DNA from: Heterodontus francisci
Taxonomy: Eukaryota
DNA: 64,000 nucleotides
Assembly (NCBI RefSeq): GCF_036365525.1
Contig: NC_090383.1
Coordinates: 6,084,453 to 6,148,452 of the forward strand
Direction: 5' to 3'
A program made the translations under genes and the position numbers. The notes under the pieces are model-generated. The model searched no databases. It saw only the letters and a program-made list of their open reading frames with translations, and was not told where the DNA came from. Positions 51,201 through 63,810 of the stretch are shown piece after piece (positions within the stretch are counted from its first letter, which is position 1; every line of letters starts with the position of its first letter).

Positions 51201-54200
51201 TTTTACTTCACTCCTGAAAGGCCTGGCTCTTAACTTTTGGGCTATGTTCCCTTGACCTTGATGCAGCAACCAGCAGAGATAGTTTTTCCAACAGCTCCCC
51301 TTAACACACTGGCAATTCTTTTGGTTTTGGTGAGTCTACCTGTGGAGCAGCGCAAATCATCCAGCATTTTGTGACAAATCCGATCTCATGGCGTATCTCT
51401 TCTCTGCCGCAAATTTATTTACACACAATAATGGTGTTGCCGGGACCTACAAATGGCAGATGAAATTTAATAATTCTGAAACTGGGAAGAATATGCAACA
51501 TGCATACTTGATGAATGGTGTTAAAATGGTTGGCAGCAACATTGAAAGCGATCTAAGGGTTATAGAACTCACCATTATTTTCCCAGCAATTTCTGGTCCA
51601 TTGTTTTAGTGCCTCTGCTCAGAGTCCTGAGTACCATAGTCAGTATTTGTTCGACTAAAAGTCTGCCAGATCTGTTCTAAATTATTCAGTACAGGTGATA
51701 AATTGAGTTTGGTCTGTGAAAAGATAGAAAATTAATTCAGTATTCTAATTGTAAAAGAAGCAGATAATTAAGTAGGAGATTGAGGAAAACCTACTGAATT
51801 GTAAAATATTAAAATTGAGCTGGTTATCTGACAAAGAGCTATAGAAAAATGAAAAACAGTTATTTGAGTTGGAAACACATTAGAGAGACTTCATCCTGGA
51901 TTAGTGCTCTCGGGTGGAAATATTGGAGAATGAATTTCTCTGGTATTCACAAAGTCTTTTCTCAAGCATAAAAGGCATTTGTTCGATGAACTTTGAGATA
52001 TCTGGTCTGATGACTCCTGACATCGAGCATTACCGCTGATTAAGATTTTGCCCCTTTAACGCTTCATCAGAAAATTAAAGGAAGAAAGAGATTAATATCA
52101 TACAAGCACAGAATTCAGAAATAAATTGGATTTGTGACAATGTCATGAAATGTTATGACTCAGGACTGTTCTAAAATTTGGTGACCGATTCCTTTGATAA
52201 GATTATATACCGACAAAATTTCTTTGAAAGCGATGGGAATAAGATGTTGGGAATAAAAGGAAAAACTGTGAATGCTGCAAATCTGAAATATAAAATGAGG
52301 TTGCAAGAAATGCACAGCAGAATTACCATCATTAGGGCACTCAGATCTGCAGAAGTAGCCGAGGACCTACAAAAAGTATAGTCCAGTGGCAGATGAAATT
52401 TAATGAGTAAGAAGCCAGGAAGAATGGGCAATATGTATACGCTATGAATGGTGTTAAAATGGTTGACAGCAATGTTCAAAGCGATTTAAGGGTTATAGTT
52501 AACTGGGTGCTTAACATATCTAGTCACTGTATAGAGTACAAATCAGGGGATATCTTGTTAAAACTGTCCAGTGCTCCAGTTTTGATCGAGAAAAAGCACA
52601 CGGAAGTTATTCAGACATTACTGTGATGCTGAGAAGAGCCAGAGGATGATTTCCAAGGGGGCAATTTTACTGGTAAGCGTCTATGTCAGCACCACCATGT
52701 CCATAATGTAAGGTGGATGATTTGATCCATTAGCTTTGTGTAAACACCGTCTCGTTCTCAAACCTCCTTGAGCCTCATGAAATTGCTGCATTTGCAAATT
52801 AATTGCACATTGAACATATCACAGAAAGTTAAATTCTAGTAATTAATAGTGAAAAGTATCTGTTTAATGACATAATAATTGTTAATGATTGAACTTCTGG
52901 CCCAAAAAGTAACAGTTAAAAATTTGGAAACATTCCTTCAGATAGTGAATTGTTGGAAAATTTAAACAAATACCTCTTTTTTTCATTTTTTTGTCTTTTT
53001 TTTTCTCTCAGTCCCATCTTTCTTTTGCCTCTCTTTATTTCTCTTTCTCTAGAGGAGGACTGGAGATGGCAAAGGAGTCCAGTCCCCATCATTACTTTGT
53101 CTCACCAAATTCTAATGACTGCCACTCTGAATCATCCTTTTGTTCAGTCTGACAGAGGCCTGTGTGTGTGGAGCAATCCCAGCCGGGCTGACTCTTGGTC
53201 GGATGGAACGTCTCATTGGCGCAAGGCCCTGAACTCCCCCTTGGGAAACTCTGCCTCACAACTTGAGTTGTCTCTTGGAAATCCCCTCTGTGCCATTCCA
53301 TTCTGCGTGAACGGGTTTCCTCTGCTTCTGCACAATCTCCATTCCATTGCCCTCGTCAACTAAATAGAGATGGAGTACAAATCAGGTGATATATTAAAAC
53401 TTTCCAGTGCTCCAGTTTTGGTTGAGAAAAGGCACAAGGAGGTTGTTCAAAATCAGTGCAATGCTAAGGAGAGCAAGGATGTGCATTCCTAGGAGGCAAT
53501 TTTACTGATAAGCTTACATGGACACACCCTGGTGTGGGAACAGAGTAAAAGTAACTGTGAGAACAGATTAAAAGTAAGCTTATCAACTAACTGTGAAGCT
53601 GTGGAGTCAACTTGTAACAATAACAAGCAGAAGCTAACAGGACAACTGCAGATAGCTTATTAGCCGCCCATTGTTGATGGTCAGTCTAATGAGTATACCA
53701 ATCAGGCTCTGACAACACAAAATTGCGGAGGTTTGTGAACCACTCAGAAACAAAGGGGGGGGGGGGGCGTTACGGGTTCTGTTTGAATAACTATAAGAAA
53801 GGCTTGCTCTAGTGAGTTCTCTCTCTCTCTCTCCTCTATTCCCTCTTCTCTCTTCTTCTTTGTTTCTTTCTTTTGCTTTGTTCTTTTGCATGTTCTTTGT
53901 TTCTTTTGTAACCTTGCAATGTAACAACCATATACTGCAATAAAGTTTCTAAAAGTTATGGTGGACTTTGTCTCTCCTTGTAATTGATGGGATCCAACAC
54001 TGGTGTTCCATCCTACCATGTGGCAGAGCCAGGGGTGTGGAGGGAGGAGGAGGGGGGGTCACCAGTGGAGGGCTCTCAAGGCATGAGTCCTGCCCCATTC
54101 CTTCAAGGAGCTGGTGTGGAGAGGGTTGCGTAGAGCAATCGTGCGCAACAGGCCTTGAAGCATGTTCTCCAAATCCCAGGCTGCCTGTAACCACTATGGT

Positions 54201-54519
54201 CTGGCTGAGTCTGCGTTCTTGACCTATGCATAACACGAACGGTTGCCACCCCTCTTCCACCAACTGATGGGGATCCTCCTCAACTTCCCACTGCACATCA
54301 GTGCCTATGCTGCTGATCTTTGGCGGCCTGGTGCGGAGGGAGAGGGGGGTTGGGTGGCAGGTCACAGGCCTTCTGCAACTGGTGGGTATCATTCACACGC
54401 CACCGACACTTTGATTTCATTCAACAAGCTTATATTTTTTTGTTCTCATTATAAAATTGCGTCTATTGCTTGTACCCCTTTAAAAAAAAAAAGTAAGGTC
54501 CTTGATGTTAAATTGACAA

Positions 54520-55070
54520 GCCAATCTGATGCCCACTTGCACTTGAAGAGTGGTGCAGGCACATTGCCAGGACGACGGAGCGCGCTAACGAACGTCGTGA
54601 CGTTTTCCGCTTCCCGCGTTGCTAGGGTAACGCCGCACGCCGCCCGACGTCGTGACGGCACCCCCTTGCACGACGGCGCCCGCTGTTGGACGAGCTGATT
54701 GGACAATCTTCCCGTCAATCCGGCCCGAGGGGCAGAGTGGGTGGAGACGTCGTGGTGGTGTGTTTTGAGCCTTGGCGGGCACGGTCGGCGTTGTTGTTGG
54801 CCGGACAAGTGATGGTGGTGCCGAGGTGGCGCGGGCGCTGAGAATCTTTCCAATGTCGGTGGGCCGCTCTGATGGGCGCGGGGTCTCTTTCCATCTCACC
54901 CGGAGCCGACAGTGAGCGCACATATCCGAGCAACCGCCATCAAAAGCGGAAAGTGATGAATCATGGCCTCGGTGAAGGTGGCGGTGAGACTGAGACCCAT
55001 GAACCTTAGGTAAATGTCCCGCAGAATGTTCCAGATCCTGCAGCAGCATCAGCACCCCACACCCCTTCCC
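54520..55070 (+). promoter_or_regulatory. CpG-island promoter of KIF16B
   Basis: Dense CpG in an otherwise CpG-depleted window; CCAAT at 54521, GATTGG at about 54697, CRE-like CGTGACG half-sites, RFX-like X-box at 54618-54631. Confidence 0.85.
54963..55009 (+). CDS. KIF16B: Kinesin-3 KIF16B first coding exon (MASVKVAVRLRPMNL/R)
   Basis: ATCATGG Kozak context; peptide matches KIF16B MASVKVAVRVRPMNRR; phase-2 donor AG|gtaaat; OTOR is a syntenic neighbour. Exon 2 was not seen in this window. Confidence 0.9.
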
Positions 55071-55509
55071 GCGGCCTGCACTCAGGCTGGCAGCAACTCT
55101 GCGAGGGAGGTAACTGAAGTAAGGCAGAAAAGTTTAAGCAAGCTGGGATCTCAATTGCAAATAATAAATGTCTGACAAATATTATTGCTCCAGTGACCCT
55201 GCACCTTCTAACCAGATGGTGTGTGTTATGGTCAAGTTCACTTTGTTCTAGCTCATTCTTCAAAACCTACCTCTATGACCAAGCTTTTGATCACCTACTC
55301 TAATTGCCTTATATGTGGCTTGGTGTCAAATTTTGTTTCATCACTCCTATGAAGTGTGTTGGGACATTTTGTGACCTTAAAGGTACTATGTAAATATACA
55401 TTGTACTCTCCCTAAACATCTCCCTCTTTCTATCATTCTCTCCTCCTTTAATATGCTCCTTAAAACTTGCCTCTCTGACCAAGCTTTTGGTAATTTGTTC
55501 TAAGGATGC

Positions 55510-55862
55510 CAGTGCAGCCCTGAGTGCGTGTTGCACTGTCGGAGGTGCCGTCTTTCAGATGAGCTGTGAAACCGAGACCTCATCTGCCCCTCAGGTGGGC
55601 AGAATAGATCCCATGGCACTATTTCGAAGAAGAGCAGGGAGTTTTTCCTGGCGTCCTGGCCCATATTTATCCCTTAATCAACATCACAACAACTGATTAT
55701 CGGGTCATTGTCACATTACCGTTTGTGGGAGCTTGCTCTGTGTAAATTGGCTGCTGTGTTCCCTGTATTGCAACAATGACTACACTTCAAAAAGTACTTC
55801 ATTGGCAGTAAAATGCTTTGAGACATCTGGTGGTTGTGAAAGGCACTATATAAAATGCAAGT
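55510..55862 (+). mobile_element. Deu-domain SINE (5'-truncated) followed by a Penelope-like tail (55863-55994)
   Basis: Homologous to about 15840-16185. Confidence 0.75.
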
Positions 55863-56569
55863 TCCGAAGAAGGGTCACTGACCCGAAACGTTAACTCTGC
55901 TTCTCTTTCCATAGATGCTGCCAGACCTGCTGAGTGAATCCAGCATTTCTTGTTTTTGTTTCAGATTTCCAGCATCCGCAGTATTTTGCTTTTATATAAA
56001 TGCAAGTGTTTAGTACCCTTTATGTGACTTGGTGTGAAATTTTGATTAATGCTCCTGTGAAGTGCCTTGAGATATTTTACTGTTAAAGGTGCTATGTATG
56101 TGCAAATTGTTCCTCCCTAAAATACTGCCTTTCTATCTCTCCTCCTTTAAGATGTTCCTTAAAATCTTCTTCTTTAATCAAGGTTTTGCTCACCTGTCCT
56201 AATATCATCTTATGTGTCTGAGTGCTAAATTTTGTTAATACTTCTGTGAAGTGCTTTTCCTACATTAAAGGTGCAAGTTGTTGAACAAGGAGGGAAGGAG
56301 TTTTAGATGTTTGTTAAAAATGTTTGTAGAATTTCAATGAGATGTTTGTGGAAGTTTGTTTTGTTTTGAACATCAGCTGATCTGAAAGGAGCAAGGGTAG
56401 AATTTCTATTAGATCCTCCTGGACTGCATTCACACGTCATGAGTGTAAAGCTCTTATCACTTCATGCTGCTGAACCTGACGTATAAGTCAGGTGACCTGG
56501 CTCTGAAGCAAAGCAGAATGACCCTACCTCCTTCAAATTTATCTCATCCAGCACTGTTTGGTTGTCAGA

Positions 56570-58133
56570 TAATTACATTACAGTACACATGCTATTTTTC
56601 CCCAAAGTAACCAGGCAGCACTGTAGTGCAAATCTTGTGCTTTTGTCCAGAATACTTTTTGGCATCCAAGTCGTTTTCCTGGGTAGAGAGCACTGTCAGC
56701 AATGTAGCACCAATCTGCTGGATATACAACATTCTAAGATGTAGAGTGTCATATTAATATTGTTAAATGATTAAAACAGTGGTCAGTCACAGCTGCTCTT
56801 TGCTTCCAGTGTTCATTTTGAGAGCTCCTCAGATGCAAAGGGCTGAAAAGTCTAAAAATGTATTGTCCTTTGTGAGAATAAAACATAGCGGAGGTAAATG
56901 GGAGTCAGTTCTTGGCTTAGTGCTCCACTCAGGGATTTGAAATTTTAGCACTTGGCTTCATAGGAACATAGGAAATAGGAAGAGTGGGCCAATCAGTCCC
57001 TCGAGCCTGCTCTGCCACTCAACTAGATCAATGCTGTTTTCCCACATTATCCCCATATCCCTTGATATCTTTAATATCTAGAAATCTATCGATTTTCTGT
57101 CTTGAACGTACTCAATGACTGAGCCGCCACAGCTCTCTGGGGTAGCGAATTCCACAGATTCGCCACCTTCTGAGTGAAGAAATTCCTCCTCATCTCTGTC
57201 TTAAATGGCCTCTTACTCTGAGACTGTGTCCCTTAGTTCTAGACCCTCCCCAGCAAGGGGAAACATCCTTGTATCAACCTTCTGGAGCCCTGTAAGAATT
57301 TTGTATGGTTCAATGAGATTGCCTCTTAGTCTTCTAAACTTTAGGGAATATAGGCCCAGTCTCCTCAATCTTTCCTCATGGGACAATCCTGCCATCCCAG
57401 GAATTCCAGCTCATTGCACATCACTTGAACATAGGAATGAAGAAATGGATGCAATTGTCCAAATAGCTGGACAGCTTTCAGATTATAACTGAAAGGATTG
57501 AGGTTGTTGTAGTGTGACTGCATCTTTTTAGTTAGAACCAAAGTAAATATTTACTTTCGATCAAATGGAGACTTATTATATTGATTTAGTGCATGTAGAA
57601 GGTTGATACAAAAGTGATCAAAATGAAACTTTGAGTTTTTAGTGAAAACTTGTATTTGTAAACTTTATCAAATGCAGCATATGATCTAAAATTTAAACTT
57701 GCCTTTTTAGGTTTTTATAAGTTATAATCTGGGGGGTCTTTCCTATGTTCCTATGAAGCCAAATGCTAAATTTCATATCCCTGAGTAGAGCACTAAGCCA
57801 AGGATGGTCTCCCATTTACCTCTGCTATGTATTCTCACAGAGGGCAATATATTTTTTTTAGATTTTTCAGCCCTTTACATCTGAAGGGCTCTGAAAATGA
57901 CCACTGGAAGCAAAAAGCTGCTGTGATTGACCACTGGTTTAATCATATTACCAATACTACTATGACACGACATCTTAGAATGTTGTAGATCCAGCAGATT
58001 GGTGTTATATTGCTGACACTGCTCTCTACCCAGGAAAATGACTTGGGTGCCAAAAAGTTTTCAGGACAAAGGGACAAGATTTGTGCTGCCTGGTTATTTT
58101 GGGGGAAAATAGCATGTGTACTGTAATGTAATT
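56570..58133. repeat. Inverted repeat, arms about 56570-56974 and 57739-58133
   Basis: CAGTACACATGCTATTTT pairs with AAAATAGCATGTGTACTG, and GGCTTCATAGGAACATAGGAAA pairs with TTTCCTATGTTCCTATGAAGCC; colinear throughout. Confidence 0.93.
56958..57405 (-). mobile_element. CR1-clade LINE 3' fragment
   Basis: ORF 57213-57395 GLSHEERLRRLGLYSLKFRRLRGNLIE; CATAGGAA tail. Confidence 0.9.
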
Positions 58134-59689
58134 TATTCTAATTTCAGTCACCAGTTCAAATCACGTAATTTGATTTATGATTCTGCTGCATAGAACAACA
58201 GGTATGGAGTAAGCTGCAGTTATTAGATCAAGATGCAAGCAAGCATTGTTAGATGACGCTCGTTCCATCAATCTCTGAAGAGACTGTAAAGAGGAGTGGC
58301 ATGGATGTCAATGCAGCGGAAGCGTCCGAATTAAACAAGAGGGTTTAACCTTAAAGTTAGAGCTTGGTTGTTCAGGAGTGATGTCAGGAAGAACTTCTTC
58401 AAAAAAGGTAGTGGAAAGCTAGAGCTCTCTTCCTTAGTTGAGGCTGGGCTTCAATTAAAAATTGAGATTGATAGATTTTTGTTAGGCAAGGGTATTAAGG
58501 GTTATGGCGTCAAGGCAGTTAATATACAGAGCAGACACGATCTAATTGAATGGTAGAATAAACTCGAGGGGCTGAATGGCTTCCTCTGTTCCAATTTAAA
58601 GGCAAAACGTTTCCTTTTTTAATAATTGGTCTGTTAGTATGTTTATTGTTTCGCTATCCAAAAACTAGGAATCAAATGAGAAGGTTCATGTCAATTCATT
58701 GAACTAAATACAGTAACAAGAGTTTCTGTTCGACCCCAGGGTGACACTGCATCACGAGATGTTGTGCATAAAGTCACGCTTCAGTTGGCAGAGATCAAGA
58801 GCTTGCTTACAAGTGTAGTCTTTGGTGCTCAGCACGAGAGAAATAGGATGTGTGAAGACTTAAAAACGCAACAGGGAGCTAGCTAACTGACTTGTGTTAG
58901 TTTCACAAGGATCTGTAAATTCAGTCTTTGGGTGGCTCTTGACTGAACTGTTGCAATTTTAAGATTGTAGCTAATTTTGTATATTTTTGTTGTGCAGTGC
59001 CCCTGTACTGCTGCAAAATCAGTGAGCCTATGAACTTTACTAAAGTCTCCTATAATCTGTGTAAAATAGTCCAGAATTCATTGATAAGTTAGAAATTTAC
59101 AGTTCAAAATTTAAGCATTTATCCTGTAGTTATGTTGAATAACAAGTTGAACATATTTAAGAGCATTTCAATCCCTTGCTGATGTGTTGACAATATTTTC
59201 ATTACATCATTGAACTATATCCTGTTCTATGTTATCATGTGTTTATTTCACTTCCTGTTGCAAGGGAATATCATACCTTGTTGATATGGTAAGGGAGTAG
59301 TGTTATTGAGGTCATAAACTGCTTGAAATTTGAGCTTGCTGTTTAGGTGTCATCTGAACCGGGGATCAAATTACACCTGATCACTGTGGATGTCATGATC
59401 CTACTTAAAATGCGTATAGTTACATTATTTTTATTTTGCCATTGCTAACTTTCTGAACTGTCAAAACAAATGTAAGCAGTTACTTTTGCTACATGGTGTT
59501 TTTACTGATCCATAGTAAATGGTTAGAAAATTTAGCCTGTTGTGTAAGATACTGGGTATCCCATAGGTTAATGGGAATACTACAGAGATAGTGATAGGAT
59601 TACTTGTCCGACATCCAGTACAGGATGAGCAGAAACTTCCTCCAACCAAATCTCAGGAAGACTGAAGACAATGGCTTGGATCCCTGTCA

Positions 59690-61120
59690 CACACTGTGTC
59701 CTTCTGCCTGGCAACTGGCTAAGGCTGAACCAGACTGTTCGCAACCTTGGTGTCGTATTTGAGCCTGAGATGAGCTACTAATCACATATCCATGCCATCA
59801 CTAAGACTGCCTATTTCCACCTCCGTAACATCGCCCGTCTCTGCCCCTGCCTCAGCTCATCTGCTGCTGAAACCCTCAGCTATGCCTTTATCTCTAGACT
59901 TGACTATTTCTAGCGTGCTCCTAGCCAGCCTCCCACATTTTGCCATCCAAACCTCTGATGCAGTGTCCTAATGCACCAAGTCCCATTCACCCATTGCCTC
60001 TGCGCTCGTTGGTCTACATCGGCTTCCAGTTAAGCAACACCTCTTTTTAAAAAAAAAATTCTCATCCTTGTTTTCAAATCCCTACATGGTCTTGCCCCTC
60101 CCTACCTCTAATCTCCAGCCCTACAACTCTCAGAGATATCTGTGCTCCTCTAATTCTGGCCTCTTGCGCATGTCTGACTTTAGTCTGCCATTGGTGGCAA
60201 CACCTTCAGCTGCTTAGGTACTAAGTTCAGGAATTCCTTCCCTAACCCTAATCAGGGCAGCATAGTGGCGCAGTGGTTAGCACTGCAGCCTCACAGCTCC
60301 AGGGACCCGGGTTCGATTCTGGGTACTGCCTGTGTGGAGTTTGCAAGTTCTCCCTGTGCCCGCATGGGTTTTCGCCGGGTGCTCATGTTTCCTCCCACAG
60401 CCAAAGACTTGCAGGTTGATAGATAAATTGGCCATTATAAATTGCCCCTAGTGTAGGTAGGGAATATGGGTTTACTGTCTTCTTCTTCGGCCTCCTTGTC
60501 TCGGGAGACAATGGGTAAGTGCCTGGAGGTGGACAGTGGTTTGTGAAGCAGCGCCTGGAGTGGCTATAAAGGCCAATACTAGAGTGACAGACTCTTCCAC
60601 AGGTGCTGCAGATAAAATTGGTTGTCAGGGCTGTTTCGCAGTTGGCTCTCCCCTTGCGCTTCTGTCTTTTTTCCTGCCAACTGCTAAGTCACTTCGATTA
60701 TTCACACTTTAGCCCCGCCTTTATGGCTGCCCGCCAGCTCTGGTGATGGCTGGCAACTGACTCCCATGACTTGTGATCAATGTCACAGGACTTCATGTCG
60801 CGTTTGCAGACGTCTTTAAAGCGGAGACATGGACGGCTGGTGGGTCTGATTACTGTAGGGTTAGTATAAATGGGTGGTTGTTGGTCAGCACAGGCTCAGT
60901 GGGCCGAAGGGCCTGTTTCAGTGCTGTATCTCTAAATAAATAAAAACCCTCTGGACCTCTCATTTCTCCTTTTAAGATGCTTCTTAAAACCGACTTCTTT
61001 GACCACACTCTTGGCCATCTGCCCTAATATTGCCTTATGAAGCTTGGTGTTATCTTTTGTTTGATAGCACTCTTGTGAAGTGCCTTTGGATGGCTTATTA
61101 TGTTAAAGGTGCTATATAAA
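59690..61120 (+). mobile_element. L2-clade LINE 3' part containing a SINE (60255-60945) that contains an RTE fragment (60479-60849)
   Basis: L2 RT motifs in DNA (CGCAACCTTGGTGTC, CACCTCCGTAACATCGCC, TCTAGACTTGACTAT) and an L2 tail; the RTE piece is homologous to 27115-27485 with TSD TTACTGT. Confidence 0.88.
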
Positions 61121-61464
61121 TTGTTCTTTTTGTACAGATGCCACTTTCTTGCACCTCCGTGAACTCTGAAGCAAAGGGAATGCAACTTATCTCTAGTTTT
61201 GTCCCAATATGCTATAGCGTGCCAGACTGATTTGTAAATAGGAAAACACTGATAAAAGAAAATAATTTAAAATATCAAGGACAAGGCTGGCCTATTCAGT
61301 TCATTGAAGCTCATTCCTAACTTTCTTGGCTTGGAATCCAAGAGATTTGCATATCTGTTTTTCCCTTCTGTTTCCTGTGTGACCAATTTATTTTCAAACA
61401 TTTATCACTGAGTGAAAGTGGTTCCTCCAGATTTGTGCTTTAAATGTACTTTTCAACAACAACT

Positions 61465-63390
61465 TACATACGAACATACGAATTAGCAGCAGGAGTAGTC
61501 CACTCAGCCCTTAGAGCCTGCTTCGCCATTCAATAAGTTCATGGCTGAACTGATTACTCCACATTTCCACCTACCTCAGATAACCTTTCCCCCCCCCCTT
61601 TGCTTAGGAAGAATCTATCTACCTCTGCTTTAAAAATATTCAAAGACTCTGCTTCCACTGCCTTTTGAGGCAGATAATTCCAAAGATTCGTGACCCTCTG
61701 ATAGAAAGACTTTCTTCTCATCTCTGACTTAAATGGGCGATCCCTTATTTTTAAACAGTGACCCCTAGTTCGAGATTCTCCCACAAGGGGAAACATCTTT
61801 TCCACATCCACCCTGTCAAAACCCCTCAGGATCTTATATGTTTCAATCAGGTTGCCTCTTACTCTTCTACATTCCAGCAGATACAAGCCTAACCTGTCCA
61901 GTCTCTCCTTGTAAGACAGCCCGCCCATTCCATGTATTCGTCTAGTAAACCTTCTCTGTACTGCCTCCCAACGCATTAAATAAGAAGACCAGTACTGTAC
62001 ACAATGCTGCAGATGTGGTCTCACCAATGCCCTGTCTAGCTGAAGCATAACCTCCCTCCTTTTGTATTCAATTCCCCTTGTGATAACTGATAACATTCTA
62101 TTAGCTTTCCTAATTACTTGCTGTACCTGCATACTAACCTTTTGTGGTTCATACACTGGGACACCCAGATCCCTCTGCATCTCAGAGCTCTGCAATCTCT
62201 CACCATTTAGATAATATGCTTTTTTATTCTTCCTGCCAAAGTGAACAATTTCCCACTTTCCCACATTATACTCCATTTGCTAGGTCTTTGCCCCTCACTT
62301 AACTTATCTATATCCCCTTGTAGCCCCCTTATGTCCTCTTCACAAGTTACTTCCCTACCTATCTTTGTGTTATCAGCAAATTTAGCAACCATACCTTTGG
62401 TCCCTTCATCTAAATCATTTATATAAATTGTAAAAAGTTGAGGCCCCAGCACAGATCACTGTGGCACACCACTCGTTACATCTTGCAAACCAGAAAATGA
62501 CTCTGTTTCCTGTTAGCTAGCCGATCTTCTATCCATACCAGTATGATACCCCCTACACCATGGGGGTGGCGCAGTGGTTAGCACCGCAGCCTCACAGCTC
62601 CAGCGACCCGGGTTCAATTCTGGGTACTGCCTGTGTGGAGTTTGCAAGTTCTCCCTGTGTCTGCGTGGGTTTCCTCCGGGTGCTCCGGTTTCCTCCCACA
62701 AGCCAAAAGACTTGCAGGTTGATAGGTAAATTGGCCATTATATAAATTGCCCCTAGTATAGGTAGGTGGTAGGGACAGGTGGGGATGTGGTAGGAATATG
62801 GGATTAGTGTAGGATTAGTATAAATGGGTGGTTGATGGTCGGCACAGACTCGGTGGGCCGAAGGGCCTGTTTCAGTGTTGTATCTCTAAACTAAAAACTA
62901 AACCATGAGCTTTTATTTTCTGCAATAACCTTTGATGTGGCACCTTATCAAATGCCTTCTGGAAATCTAAGTACAATACATCCACCCAGTTCCCCTTTAT
63001 CCCCAGCACATGTAACTCACTCAAAGAACTCCAATAAATTGGTTAAACATGATTTCCCTTTCAAAAACCATGTTGACTCTGCCTGATTACCTTGAATTTT
63101 TCTAAATGCCCTACTATTACGTCTTTTATAATAGCTTCTAACATTTTCCCTAAGACAGATATTAAGCTAACTGGCCTGTAGTTTCCTGCTTTCTGTCTCC
63201 CTCCTTTTTTGAATAAAGGAGTTACATTTGCTATTTTCCAATCTAATGGTACCTTCCCCGAATCTAGGCAATTTTGGAAATTTAAAACTAACGCATCAAT
63301 TTTCTCACTAGCCACTTCTTTTGACACCCTAGGATGAAGTCCATCAGGACCCGGGGACATGTCAGCCTGCAGCTCCATCAATTTGTTCAG
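61465..63390 (-). mobile_element. CR1-clade LINE (RT domain, frameshifted) with a nested SINE
   Basis: ORFs SPGPDGLHPRV...NYRPVSL...SQHGF, LGPQLFTIYINDLD...KFADNTK, and the C-terminal CR1 segment 61554-62276. Confidence 0.95.
62563..62901 (+). mobile_element. HE1/V-SINE-like SINE inserted in CR1
   Basis: Full SINE flanked by the TSD ACCATG. Confidence 0.92.
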
Positions 63391-63394
63391 TTAT

Positions 63395-63810
63395 TACAGT
63401 AAAGGTGCTATATAAATATGAAATGTCCCCAAGGTGCTTTATAGGAGCCTTATAAAACAAATTATGACACCAAGCCACAATAGGAGATATTAGGTCAGAT
63501 GACCAAAAGCTTAGTCAAAGAAGTAGGCTTTAAGGAGTGTCTTAAAGGAGGAAAGCGAGTTGGGAGGTGTAGGGAGGGTGTCCCAGACCTTGGGGTCTAG
63601 GCAGCTGAAGGCATGGTCACCAGTGGTGGAGTGATTAAGATCGGGGATGCTGAAGGGGACGGATATCTTGGAGGGTCTGGAGGTGATTACAGAGATTGGG
63701 AGGGGCAAGACCATGGAGGGATTTGAAAACAAGAATGTGAATTTTAAAATCAAAATGTTGCTTGGCTGGGAGCCAATGTAGGTTAGCAAGCACAGGATGA
63801 TTGGGGAACT
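63395..63810 (-). mobile_element. L2-clade LINE 3' fragment
   Basis: HPVLANLHWLP...FKIHILVFKSLHGLAPPNL and SFKTLLKAYFFD. Confidence 0.88.

Noticed and set aside
53949-55055. Several overlapping 130-156 aa ORFs
   Set aside because: Stop-poor GC-rich promoter or repeat sequence with no recognisable domain.
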